This document shows, piece after piece, positions 1 through 9,098 of a stretch of DNA of 64,000 nucleotides. The notes beneath the pieces are model-generated. The model saw only the letters and a list, made by a program, of their open reading frames with translations. It was not told where the DNA came from and did not search any database. A program made the translations under genes and the position numbers. This stretch comes from an uncultured delta proteobacterium (GTDB lineage Bacteria > Myxococcota_A > Polyangia > Polyangiales > Houyiibacteriaceae), in the NCBI GenBank assembly GCA_963699755.1, contig CAVOVB010000008.1, positions 96,001 to 160,000 of the forward strand. Reading direction: 5' to 3'. Numbering within the stretch: position 1 is the first letter of the stretch; the number at the start of each line of letters is the position of its first letter.

Positions 1-34
1 GTGGCCCCCCAACTAGACCAAGGCAGTCCGTCCC

Positions 35-1456
35 GTGCTCTTCAACTCGTTCGTCTTCGTCGGCTTCTTCCTGCTGACTTACGCCCTCTATCTCTCGCTC
101 GGACGCAGGACGCGGGCACAGAACCTCCTGCTGCTGGTGGCGAGCTACGTCTTCTACGGCTACTGGGACTGGCGTTTTCTCGGACTCCTGGCCGTCTCGA
201 CGCTGATCGACTTCACCGTGGGCAAGGCCCTCTACCGTGCGAAAGACGCGCATCGCCGCAAGTTGCTCTTGACCATTTCAGTCTGCGCCAACCTCGGTAT
301 TCTCGGTTTCTTCAAGTACTACGACTTTTTCGCCCGGAGCCTAGCGGAGGTCTTACGGCTAATCGGTCTGGATCCCGATCCCCTCACCTTGGGGATTCTC
401 CTGCCGGTGGGCATCTCCTTCTACACGTTCCAGACGATGAGTTACACGATAGACATCTACCGGGGAAAGCTCGCGCCGACAGAGAGCTTGCTGGACTTCG
501 CTCTCTTCGTGTCGTTTTTTCCACAACTCGTGGCGGGGCCGATCGAACGAGCGCGGACTCTGCTGCCTCAGATCGAGCGACCACGTCGGATCGATCGTGA
601 CCAGCTGGCTGCCGGACTCTGGCTGATTCTCTGGGGCTATTTCAAGAAGGTCGTCATTGCCGACCGGATGGCGCTGATCGTCAATCCGGTCTTCGCCGAG
701 CAGGCCAACTACCAGGGGCTGGAGCTGGTGGTCGCGCTCCTGGCATTCACGGTGCAGATCTATGGCGACTTTTCTGGCTATACCGACATCGCGCGCGGGC
801 TGGCGAAGCTCATGGGCTTCGAGCTCATGGTGAACTTCAAGCTGCCATACTTCGCAATCAATCCGAGCGACTTCTGGCGCCGCTGGCACGTGTCTTTCTC
901 ATCGTGGCTGCGGGATTACCTCTACATCCCGATGGGTGGAAACCGCGGCGGCAAGGCGCGCACCCTGCGAAACCTCGCCGTGACCATGCTCCTAGGCGGA
1001 TTGTGGCATGGCGCGGCCTGGAACTTCGTGATCTGGGGCGGCTATCACGGCGCGCTACTCGTGGTCTACCGCTGGTTGGATCCCAATCCCATCGACGCCA
1101 ACCCATGGCGCAGCGGCGTTGCCCGTTTGCGCGTAGTTGGAATGATGGCGCTCATGTTCCTGCTGACCGTGTTTGGTTGGCTGATGTTTCGCGCGCAAAG
1201 TGCAAGTCAGATTCTTTACTTCCTCAGCAACATGCATCAGGGCCTAGGCCGGACGGGAGTCGAGCTGCTGTACGACTTGTTCTTCTTCGCCTGGCCTCTG
1301 GTTGCGGTTCAGCTACTCCAGTACCGGACCGGTGACCTGTTGGCAGTGTGCGGCTTGCCTACGCCGATTCGGATTGCGATCTACTGCTTTCTCTTCTGCG
1401 GGATCATCATCTTTGGCGTGCACGAATCGATGGAGTTCATTTACTTTCAGTTCTAG
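35..1456 (+). CDS. MBOAT family O-acyltransferase (AlgI/PatA/DltB-like)
   Basis: LPVGISFYTFQ, FFPQLVAGPIER, YGDFSGYTD, DFWRRWH, GGLWHGA motifs; many TM segments; C-terminal FIYFQF. Confidence 0.93.
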   Translation: MLFNSFVFVGFFLLTYALYLSLGRRTRAQNLLLLVASYVFYGYWDWRFLGLLAVSTLIDFTVGKALYRAKDAHRRKLLLTISVCANLGILGFFKYYDFFARSLAEVLRLIGLDPDPLTLGILLPVGISFYTFQTMSYTIDIYRGKLAPTESLLDFALFVSFFPQLVAGPIERARTLLPQIERPRRIDRDQLAAGLWLILWGYFKKVVIADRMALIVNPVFAEQANYQGLELVVALLAFTVQIYGDFSGYTDIARGLAKLMGFELMVNFKLPYFAINPSDFWRRWHVSFSSWLRDYLYIPMGGNRGGKARTLRNLAVTMLLGGLWHGAAWNFVIWGGYHGALLVVYRWLDPNPIDANPWRSGVARLRVVGMMALMFLLTVFGWLMFRAQSASQILYFLSNMHQGLGRTGVELLYDLFFFAWPLVAVQLLQYRTGDLLAVCGLPTPIRIAIYCFLFCGIIIFGVHESMEFIYFQF

Positions 1457-1480
1457 CAAGATAGCGAACCACCGACTGGC

Positions 1481-2542
1481 ATGAGCGAACAAGAGCGAGA
1501 CATCCTTCCTGTAGAGCGGATCCACCCCACGTCGCCTCGCTTGCTCGGGCTGACCGTGGTGATCATGCTGCTCAGTGGCGTCATGCTGAACGCCTCGGTC
1601 AAGCTACTCTTTCAGACGTACCCTGGCCTCGACAACCCGACCTATGGAGCGTTTCACGAGCAGTGGCGCCGTTTGATGGACCTCGATCGACCCGTCGATA
1701 CCTTGATCTTGGGCGACAGCAGTTGTCGCCATGGCGTGGATCCCGATGTGCTTGATGCGGAGCTCGGTTCGCATTCGTTGAACTTCTGCAGCCTCGGCAA
1801 TGCAGCGATCATCAACTCGGCGTGGCAGCTAGAGACCTACATAGAACGGCATGGCGTTCCCAAGCGCGTGATCCTGATCCAGGTCCACGATGTGTGGAGA
1901 CGCAACATGCAGTTGCCGCTGGTTGCCCGCGTCCCCCTGCCCTGGGGCTTCTGGGAGCGTCTACGAGCGTCCTGGTCGCCGGATCGCCGGCAGTTGAGAC
2001 ACATTTTCTTGGCTCTCCACGTTCCCGTCTACAGTCAGGACAAGACCGTCACGGAGCTGCTCGCCTATCCTTGGCGTGCCCGCGAGCGCCGCCTGCCGTT
2101 TACTCCTCGCGGCTACAGCCCCATCGAGAGGGCCAATCCCAGGCGTGTTGCCCGCGACGCCGCCCAGCACGTCAGAAAGACCGCGAGGCGCGGTTGGCGT
2201 TTGTCCGCTCAGAGCCGAGGCGCACTTCAGACCATGATGGACATGGCCGACGAGCTTGGATTCGATTTCTACGTCGGGAATTCACCGCAGGCGGAGGGGA
2301 TGTTGTCGAAGCCCCAATTCGCTCGCTACTACGAGAGCGGTCAGCGCGTGCTTGCTGATTTGGCGGATACCAGTCCACGCACGGAGCTCATCCTGAGTCC
2401 GCCTGTGGAGTATAGCCGCCGGCAGATGGAGAACTCCGATCACATCATCGCTACCTCCGTGCCGAGCTATACGCGACGACTGGCCGCAGCGGTGGCGACG
2501 AGCGAGCTCCATCGTGTCCCCCAGCGACGCAGGGAGCAATGA
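1481..2542 (+). CDS. Membrane-anchored SGNH/GDSL-like protein, probable extracytoplasmic partner of the MBOAT
   Basis: N-terminal TM helix, LILGDSS (GDS nucleophile block), ENSDH near C-terminus; 24 bp after the MBOAT. Confidence 0.65.
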   Translation: MSEQERDILPVERIHPTSPRLLGLTVVIMLLSGVMLNASVKLLFQTYPGLDNPTYGAFHEQWRRLMDLDRPVDTLILGDSSCRHGVDPDVLDAELGSHSLNFCSLGNAAIINSAWQLETYIERHGVPKRVILIQVHDVWRRNMQLPLVARVPLPWGFWERLRASWSPDRRQLRHIFLALHVPVYSQDKTVTELLAYPWRARERRLPFTPRGYSPIERANPRRVARDAAQHVRKTARRGWRLSAQSRGALQTMMDMADELGFDFYVGNSPQAEGMLSKPQFARYYESGQRVLADLADTSPRTELILSPPVEYSRRQMENSDHIIATSVPSYTRRLAAAVATSELHRVPQRRREQ

Positions 2543-2585
2543 CAATCAAGCCCGCGACCTGCGGGCACTCAGCGTCTGCCTCCCG

Positions 2586-3467
2586 TCAGCCGTAGTTCCG
2601 AACGACGACCTCGCTCACTTTGCCTCGCTTCGTCGCATCGCAGTTGATCGCGCGAGGTGCGGCGACGGTGTCGACGTTGAAGTCCGCATACAGGTTTCGA
2701 ATGAAGGGGACATCGCTATTCGAAAGCATGAGCTTACAGCCTCGTCGATCGAGAGCTTTGTAGACGTCTCGCAGCCGCATTTGATCTTCTCGGGCGAAGC
2801 CGTCACGCGCGTACGTGGTGAAGCTCGCAGTTGGGGACAGTGGCTCATAGGGGGGGTCGAAGTAAATGAAGTCGCCGGGCTTGGCGTCCTCGAGAAGCGT
2901 TTCGAACGATGCACACCTGAGAACAGCGCCGCGAAGCGCCTCGCTTGCCGCCTGAAGCGCGCCTTCGTTCAAGATCCGCGGATTCTTGTACGCGCCTACG
3001 GGCACGTTGAACTCGCCTTTGCGATTCACCCGGTGCAAACCATTGAAGCAGGTCTTGTTGAGGTAGATGAACATCGCCGCTCGTGTCGATGTCGAGACAC
3101 GACGGCCCTGGTTGTACCGCTCGCGCACCTGGTAGTAGCGTTCCTTCGAGTGCCTGCTTGCAAGCCTCCGCAATCCGCCAATGACGCCTTCGAGGTCGTC
3201 GCGAATCGCGGTGTACGTCGCGACCAGGCTGGGGTTGACGTCGGTCAGGAGCGCGCGTCTCGGACGACGTGAGAAGAAGAACGCTCCACCGCCGACGAAT
3301 GGCTCGACGTGGCGCATCTGCTCGGCCCCAGCGGGAAGCAGCGGTCGCAGCTGGCTGAGCAATCGGCCCTTGCCCCCAACCCACTTCACGAAGGGAGCCG
3401 CCTCCCGCGGCTCGTGCTCTATCCGTGCCGCGACCGCTGCAGATGTCGTCATCTGTAGCATGATCAC
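2586..3467 (-). CDS. dam: DNA adenine N6-methyltransferase, Dam/DpnM (D12) family
   Basis: KWVGGKG, EPFVGGGA (SAM-binding), NGLHRVNRKGEFNVP, catalytic DPPY; exact start uncertain. Confidence 0.9.
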   Translation of the reverse strand: MIMLQMTTSAAVAARIEHEPREAAPFVKWVGGKGRLLSQLRPLLPAGAEQMRHVEPFVGGGAFFFSRRPRRALLTDVNPSLVATYTAIRDDLEGVIGGLRRLASRHSKERYYQVRERYNQGRRVSTSTRAAMFIYLNKTCFNGLHRVNRKGEFNVPVGAYKNPRILNEGALQAASEALRGAVLRCASFETLLEDAKPGDFIYFDPPYEPLSPTASFTTYARDGFAREDQMRLRDVYKALDRRGCKLMLSNSDVPFIRNLYADFNVDTVAAPRAINCDATKRGKVSEVVVRNYG

Positions 3468-3545
3468 CTACACAAGTGGTCCGACGGAAAAAAGCGGCGC
3501 TTCTGCGGATCATATCGCAGTGATTTCAGCTATTTGTGCGTGCAG

Positions 3546-4823
3546 TTACTCGGCGTCGGCAACCATCGCGCCGAGCCGGTCGACGGCCTCTTCAAGCACC
3601 GGCATCGCTGGGCCGAACGAGAAGCGCATGTGCTCGACGAAACGTGAGGGCCGGCCAGTCCGGCGCTTGCCCGGATTGACGTCGAAGAAGTGCCCCGGCA
3701 CAGCAATGACCTGTCGCTCGAGGGCGGTCCTGAAAAAATCGTCACTGTTTCGAAGCGACGGTGGCAGGCCGCTCAAGTCTCCCCAGGCATAGAAGGTACC
3801 CTGGGGCTCGAGGTCGAACCTCACGCCGATGTCCTTCAGACCCCGCACGAGGAAGTCCCGCTTCTCCTTAAACTCCGTGTGCACGGCCTCTGTCTCGGCG
3901 AGCGTAGGTTGCTCCTGAACGAGGTCGATCGCCGCGCGCTGCACCGGGGCGACACCACCTCCATCGAGGAACGATCCAGCGCTTGCTGCCGACTCGGCGA
4001 CGCTCTTCGGTCCGACGATCCAACTCACCCGGAAGCCGGGGTAACGCCAGTTCTTCGTGAGCCCGTCAAAGACGACGATGGGATCTGCGTCCACGTCCTC
4101 GACGTACTGCGCCGCGCTGACGATCGATTGCTCTCCGGTCCACACGTAGTGCGAATAGAACTCGTCGAGCAGAAGGGCGCAGCTTAGGTCGCGCGCCGTA
4201 TCGACCCAGCTCGCCAGCGCGTCGCCCTGCACGACTTTGCCGGTCGGGTTGCACGGGTTGCTCGCTAGAATCGCGCTGAGGCCGCGGCCGAGGATTTCCT
4301 CTTCGAGCTCTTCGCGAGTGAACGCGTATGCGTGCTTCGGGTCGAGCAGGATCGGGATCGGCAAGAAGCGCCGGAACACGTCCAGCAGCTCTTCATAGGC
4401 CGTATAGTCCGGCAGGAAGTGCCCAAGGTGAATGGGCGCAATCGCCGCGCATGCACGCATGACTGCAACACGGCCACCGCCTGCAATTACCACGTTCTCG
4501 GCGGAGTATTGCGATTTCATCCCGCGGCGAAACAGCTTGTTGTAGAGCCCCGCCACCGCCTCGCGAAGCTCCCAGATTCCGGCAACCGGTGCGTAGTCGA
4601 GGTCGCCCACGTGTACGGGGATGTTGGTCACTCGCTCCGGGGCCCCGGGAAGCGCCCCTGTGTCCGGCTGACCTTGGCCGAGGTTGCACCAGCCGGGCGC
4701 GTCGGGGCTGAATCCACGCTTCTGCGCCTCGACGGTGACGTAGATCACGCCCGTGCGCGGGACGGGTCGAAAAGCCGCGGCCTCCCCGATTCCGTTCGGG
4801 GGATTGGACTTGAGCTGGTTCAT
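3546..4823 (-). CDS. PLP-dependent aminotransferase class I/II
   Basis: NLGQGQPD, SNPCNPTG, DEFY, GLTKNWRYPGFR (PLP lysine), RFSF. Confidence 0.9.
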   Translation of the reverse strand: MNQLKSNPPNGIGEAAAFRPVPRTGVIYVTVEAQKRGFSPDAPGWCNLGQGQPDTGALPGAPERVTNIPVHVGDLDYAPVAGIWELREAVAGLYNKLFRRGMKSQYSAENVVIAGGGRVAVMRACAAIAPIHLGHFLPDYTAYEELLDVFRRFLPIPILLDPKHAYAFTREELEEEILGRGLSAILASNPCNPTGKVVQGDALASWVDTARDLSCALLLDEFYSHYVWTGEQSIVSAAQYVEDVDADPIVVFDGLTKNWRYPGFRVSWIVGPKSVAESAASAGSFLDGGGVAPVQRAAIDLVQEQPTLAETEAVHTEFKEKRDFLVRGLKDIGVRFDLEPQGTFYAWGDLSGLPPSLRNSDDFFRTALERQVIAVPGHFFDVNPGKRRTGRPSRFVEHMRFSFGPAMPVLEEAVDRLGAMVADAE

Positions 4824-4871
4824 GCGCTGCGGAACTCTAGCAGAAGTCCCGAAATGCGATAGCCTTGTCCG

Positions 4872-5618
4872 ATGGACGTCCTGCGGATCGAGGAGTTAAT
4901 GGTTGACTGCGTGGTTGGTGTCTATCCGCACGAGCGCAACGCCTCGCAGCCCCTTCGAGTCGACGTCGAGATGCGCCTGCACACCGAGACGGCGGCGGTC
5001 AAAGAAAGCCTACGCTCTACAATCGACTACGCGGCCACCGCATCTCAGTTGGTGTTCCTGCTTCGAAGCTGCCGTTTCCGCCTTCTGGAAACCGCGGCTC
5101 ACGTGTTGGCGCGGTACGTGCTTGCGCCGCCGGCACCCGATGAGAGACGCGCTCAGGTCGACTCCGCCGTCATACGACTCAGCAAGCCCGGCGCCCTTCG
5201 GAGCTTCGCGATTCCCTCGCTCGAGATCGAGCGGCGCGCATCTTGGTGCACGTTCGAGGTCGAGCACAAGCCGTTCGGAACGGTCGATGTGATCTACGAG
5301 ACCAAAGGCGCTGGCATCTATCGTCTGAACGTCGCCCCGGGTCAGACGATCCCGCTTCACGTTCATCAGCAGATGCGAGAGTCCGAGATGGTGTTGGGTG
5401 ATGGGCTAGTCTCCCAAGGGGCGGCCTGTCCGCCTGGGACTGTGCATCGCTGGCCGAGAGGTGCGGCACACAGCTACAGCAACCCGACCGATCGGCATCA
5501 GACGATCCTCTGCGTCGACCTGCCGCGCTTCATGCCGGAGGACGAAATCGAAGTAGCCGGAGAGCCCGCCGACGTTCCAGCAGAGCCCCCCTGGGGACCG
5601 ATTGCGGGGCTTGGCTGA
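4872..5618 (+). CDS. folB: Dihydroneopterin aldolase (FolB-like) fused to a C-terminal cupin domain
   Basis: GVYPHER..QPLRVDV..TIDY..LLE..LSKP (FolB); then PLHVH..E..AHSYSN (cupin metal motif). Confidence 0.8.
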   Translation: MDVLRIEELMVDCVVGVYPHERNASQPLRVDVEMRLHTETAAVKESLRSTIDYAATASQLVFLLRSCRFRLLETAAHVLARYVLAPPAPDERRAQVDSAVIRLSKPGALRSFAIPSLEIERRASWCTFEVEHKPFGTVDVIYETKGAGIYRLNVAPGQTIPLHVHQQMRESEMVLGDGLVSQGAACPPGTVHRWPRGAAHSYSNPTDRHQTILCVDLPRFMPEDEIEVAGEPADVPAEPPWGPIAGLG

Positions 5619-5619
5619 G

Positions 5620-6393
5620 ATGATGGTCTCGCACGGCACGGTGATCGTCACGGGCGCGACCCGTGGGATAGGGCGGGCCGTCGTCGATGCGATCGTGGCG
5701 CGCGGCGGAAAGGTCGTGGCGATCGCGCGCGACGAGGCGGCTCTGGATGCGATCGAAGCTTCCGCTCCGGAACGAGTCCGCGCCGTCGCGACCGACCTCG
5801 AGGATGTCGCCCGAATTCCCAAGGTCGTGGAACGCGCCATCGATGCATTTGGAAGCGTCGACGGCGTGATAAACTGCGCCGGGATCGCACGGTACGAGCC
5901 GGTCGGGGCGATCAGCCTCGACTCGGTGGAGGCGCAGCTTCGGGTCAACCTCGTGGCGCCGCTGCTCCTGTCTCAGGCGATCGCGTCGCATTTCCGCGGC
6001 CGCGGAGGGTCCATCGTCAACGTTTCGAGCACTCTCTCCGAGCGTGTGGCGCAGCACACCCTGGTTTATGCGGCAAGCAAAGCTGCGCTCAACACAGTGA
6101 CGAAGGGCCTAGCGCTCGAGCTCGCACCGGACGGGGTGCGGGTGAACGCTGTACTTCCGGGTGGTGTAGACACCGATATGCTTCGAGCGCCGCGCCTGAG
6201 GCCAGGTGAAATCCTCGACTCGGTAGCGCTCGAGGCGCGCGTCGAGTCCCAACTCGCGGGGCTGGCCGCCTTGCACCCTCTAGGACGGCTCGGAACGCGG
6301 GAGGAGGTCGCCGCTGTCATCATCAGCGTCCTCGACCAAACCTGGCAAACGGGCAGCCTCGTCACCATCGATGGCGGCCTCTCGCTCGTCTAG
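5620..6393 (+). CDS. Classical short-chain dehydrogenase/reductase
   Basis: TGATRGIG, NCAG, YAASK, VNAVLPG, IDGG; ATG 1 bp after the folB stop. Confidence 0.92.
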   Translation: MMVSHGTVIVTGATRGIGRAVVDAIVARGGKVVAIARDEAALDAIEASAPERVRAVATDLEDVARIPKVVERAIDAFGSVDGVINCAGIARYEPVGAISLDSVEAQLRVNLVAPLLLSQAIASHFRGRGGSIVNVSSTLSERVAQHTLVYAASKAALNTVTKGLALELAPDGVRVNAVLPGGVDTDMLRAPRLRPGEILDSVALEARVESQLAGLAALHPLGRLGTREEVAAVIISVLDQTWQTGSLVTIDGGLSLV

Positions 6394-6433
6394 GCTTGAA
6401 GCCTCCGCGGTTTTCTCACACACTCCGCCGAAC

Positions 6434-6973
6434 GTGGCTCGCACCCAGAAGGTCATACTCGATGCGGACGCTATCCAACGAAGCATTCGACGCATGGCTG
6501 TTGCAATTGTGGAAGCGACTTCGGGCGTTGAGGATTTGACGCTGGTCGGCATTCGTCGCGGTGGCGTCGCGCTCTCGCAACGCATCGCTGACGAGATTGC
6601 CAAGGTCGAAGGAAGTCCACCGCCCGTGGGGACGGTCGACATCTCGCTCTACCGCGATGATGCTGCTACCGTGCTACCGAATCCGAAGATCGGACCGAGT
6701 GACATACCGTTCGATGTTGCGGGCCGACATGTCGTGCTCGTCGACGACGTCTTGCACACCGGGCGCACGGTCCGCGCCGCGATCGAATGCCTCCAAGACT
6801 ATGGGCGCCCGGCGCGGGTGTGGCTTGCGGCCCTCTGCGATCGCGGCGGCCGCGAGCTCCCCATTAGGGCGGACTTCGTCGGCCGCGTCGTCGAGATTGA
6901 ACCCCGCGAACGCCTCGACGTTTGGATCGACGCTGCTGGACCGGATCGGGTCGTGCTGACGGAGGCGGGGTGA
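6434..6973 (+). CDS. pyrR: PyrR-family protein (uracil phosphoribosyltransferase / pyr regulator)
   Basis: [24 protein letters not shown] (PRPP loop), [11 protein letters not shown]; directly before pyrB; GTG start inferred. Confidence 0.9.
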   Translation: MARTQKVILDADAIQRSIRRMAVAIVEATSGVEDLTLVGIRRGGVALSQRIADEIAKVEGSPPPVGTVDISLYRDDAATVLPNPKIGPSDIPFDVAGRHVVLVDDVLHTGRTVRAAIECLQDYGRPARVWLAALCDRGGRELPIRADFVGRVVEIEPRERLDVWIDAAGPDRVVLTEAG

Positions 6974-7917
6974 TGGAACCATTCGCTCATCGCAGCCTCC
7001 TCGATGTCGAAGGGCTCACTAGGGCTGACGCGGAGCGCATCCTCGACACGTCTGAGGCGTTCCTTCAGGTTTCGCGCCGACCCGTGCGCAAGGTCCCGAC
7101 CCTGAGGGGCAAGACCATCATCAACCTCTTCTACGAAGCCTCCACCCGAACCCGTACATCTTTCGAGCTCGCCGGAAAGCGGCTCAGCGCGGATGTCATC
7201 AACATGAGCGTATCCGCATCGAGCGTGAAGAAAGGCGAGACGCTGCAAGACACCTGCCGAACGCTCGAGGCAATGCATCCCGATGTGATTGTCATTCGAC
7301 ACGCGGCGGCGGGCGCGGCGAATTACGTGGCATCAAAGATCGGCTGCAGCGTCATCAACGCGGGCGATGGAATGCATGCCCACCCCACGCAGGCATTGCT
7401 CGACGCGTTTACAATCCGGCGAGCCAGAGGAAGGCTCGACAATCTGGTGGTGACCATCGTAGGAGATATCGCGCACTCGCGCGTCGCGCGCTCGAACGCG
7501 CATCTTCTCAAGCTATTTGGCTGCGAGATTCGCGTCGTCGGTCCGCGCACCTTGCTTCCGTCCGCAGCCGATTCTCTCGGAGTGCGGGTGTTCGACCGAC
7601 TCGAGGAAGGCCTCGAAAGCGCGGACGTGGTAATGGTGCTTCGCATTCAGCGTGAACGTCTCGAAGGAGCGCTCCTGCCGAGCCTTCGTGAGTACGCGCG
7701 CACGTTTGGCATCGGACCGCGCACGATTCAGTACGCGAAGCCCGACGCAATCATCATGCATCCGGGCCCAATGAACCGAGGCGTCGAAATCGAAAGCGTC
7801 ATCGCCGACGGTGAGCGGAGCCTCATTTTGGAGCAGGTCGAAGCGGGTGTCGCCGTCCGCATGGCGCTCCTCTATCTTTTCGCGGGCGAAGCGAGCCAGC
7901 CGCCTGCGGTGGGCTAG
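6973..7917 (+). CDS. pyrB: Aspartate carbamoyltransferase catalytic subunit
   Basis: [51 protein letters not shown] overlap with pyrR. Confidence 0.97.
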   Translation: MEPFAHRSLLDVEGLTRADAERILDTSEAFLQVSRRPVRKVPTLRGKTIINLFYEASTRTRTSFELAGKRLSADVINMSVSASSVKKGETLQDTCRTLEAMHPDVIVIRHAAAGAANYVASKIGCSVINAGDGMHAHPTQALLDAFTIRRARGRLDNLVVTIVGDIAHSRVARSNAHLLKLFGCEIRVVGPRTLLPSAADSLGVRVFDRLEEGLESADVVMVLRIQRERLEGALLPSLREYARTFGIGPRTIQYAKPDAIIMHPGPMNRGVEIESVIADGERSLILEQVEAGVAVRMALLYLFAGEASQPPAVG

Positions 7918-7922
7918 TCGGA

Positions 7923-9098
7923 TTGACTGCCGTTCGGACGGGGCTCGACCGCATTGCCGACGGTGATTCAGACGCGCTTCGCCTGGTCGCTGGTCGGAAA
8001 GTAGGTCTGCTCGCGCACGCGGCCAGCGTCGACCGAACGTTGCGTTCCGCGTCCTGGGTCTTACACAGGGCGGGCGCTCATGTTTCCGCGCTGTTCGGTC
8101 CGGAGCACGGATTCGCCGGCGCCGCGCAAGACATGGTCGGGGTGGGGAGCCGGGAGGAGGAGGAAGTCCCCGTCTATTCATTGTACGGAGACGATGCCCG
8201 AGACTTGACTCCGAAACCCGACTGGATACGCGGCCTGGACGCGGTCGTCATCGACCTGCAAGACGTAGGAGCGCGTTACTATACCTATGTGTGGACGGCT
8301 GCGCTCACGATGAAAGTCGCCGCTGCCGTGGGCACCGAGGTCGTCCTCCTCGACCGGCCCAACCCCCTCGGTGGCGCTCGCGTCGAAGGCGCCGCGCAAC
8401 GAGATGGCTACCTCTCGTTCGTGGGCTTGTATCCGGTATCGGTGCGGCACGGTCTCACGATCGCAGAGCTGATGCGCTGGGTATGCCAAGGCGAATCAAT
8501 CGACGAAAACGTTCTGCGTGTGGTGCCGATGGAGGGCTGGACGCGTTCGATGGAGTGGAAGGACACCGGGCTTCCCTGGCTGATGCCCTCGCCCAACATG
8601 CCGACTCTCGACACGGCGCTCGTGTATCCAGGCGGCTGTCTGGTGGAAGGCACCAGGCTCTCCGAAGGGCGGGGGACTACGAGGCCTTTCGAGCTCTGGG
8701 GCGCGCCAGGCTTGGACGTCGGCCCGCTTCTGGATCTCGATCTCCACGGTGTCACGCTGCGACCGGTCGAGTTCACTCCTACGTTTCAGAAGCACGCAGG
8801 ACTGAGCTGTTCCGGAGTGCAGGTGCATGTCACCGATCCCTGGGTCTTTCGACCCTACGAGGCGTACTTGCGCATGCTCGCCGCAGTGCTGCCGCAGCTG
8901 CCCGCCGAGGACCGTTGGCGAACCGAAGTCTATGAATACGTGGCGGACAGACCTGCGATCGACCTCCTCACGGGCGGTCCAGAGTTTCGCAGGGCGGTGG
9001 ATGGAGGCGAGCCACTCGAAGAGCTGCTGGCGGATGAAGCGCGCGGTGCAGCCAAGTTCGACGATGAGCGGCGCGCGGCCTGGCTCTACGAGAAGTGA
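7923..9098 (+). CDS. DUF1343 / NamZ-family exo-beta-N-acetylmuramidase
   Basis: LFGPEHG, DLQDVGARYYTY, LDRPNP, PSPNMP, EGRGTTRPFE. Confidence 0.88.
   Translation: MTAVRTGLDRIADGDSDALRLVAGRKVGLLAHAASVDRTLRSASWVLHRAGAHVSALFGPEHGFAGAAQDMVGVGSREEEEVPVYSLYGDDARDLTPKPDWIRGLDAVVIDLQDVGARYYTYVWTAALTMKVAAAVGTEVVLLDRPNPLGGARVEGAAQRDGYLSFVGLYPVSVRHGLTIAELMRWVCQGESIDENVLRVVPMEGWTRSMEWKDTGLPWLMPSPNMPTLDTALVYPGGCLVEGTRLSEGRGTTRPFELWGAPGLDVGPLLDLDLHGVTLRPVEFTPTFQKHAGLSCSGVQVHVTDPWVFRPYEAYLRMLAAVLPQLPAEDRWRTEVYEYVADRPAIDLLTGGPEFRRAVDGGEPLEELLADEARGAAKFDDERRAAWLYEK

Noticed and set aside
2586..3467. Methylase as marker of a prophage or restriction-modification island
   Set aside because: No integrase, nuclease, att-like repeats or visible compositional shift; flanks are housekeeping genes
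9086..9098. Convergent 3' overlaps (namZ-like/thiL; also dedA/sdhB, meaB/AI-2E)
   Set aside because: Short tail-to-tail overlaps are common in compact GC-rich genomes
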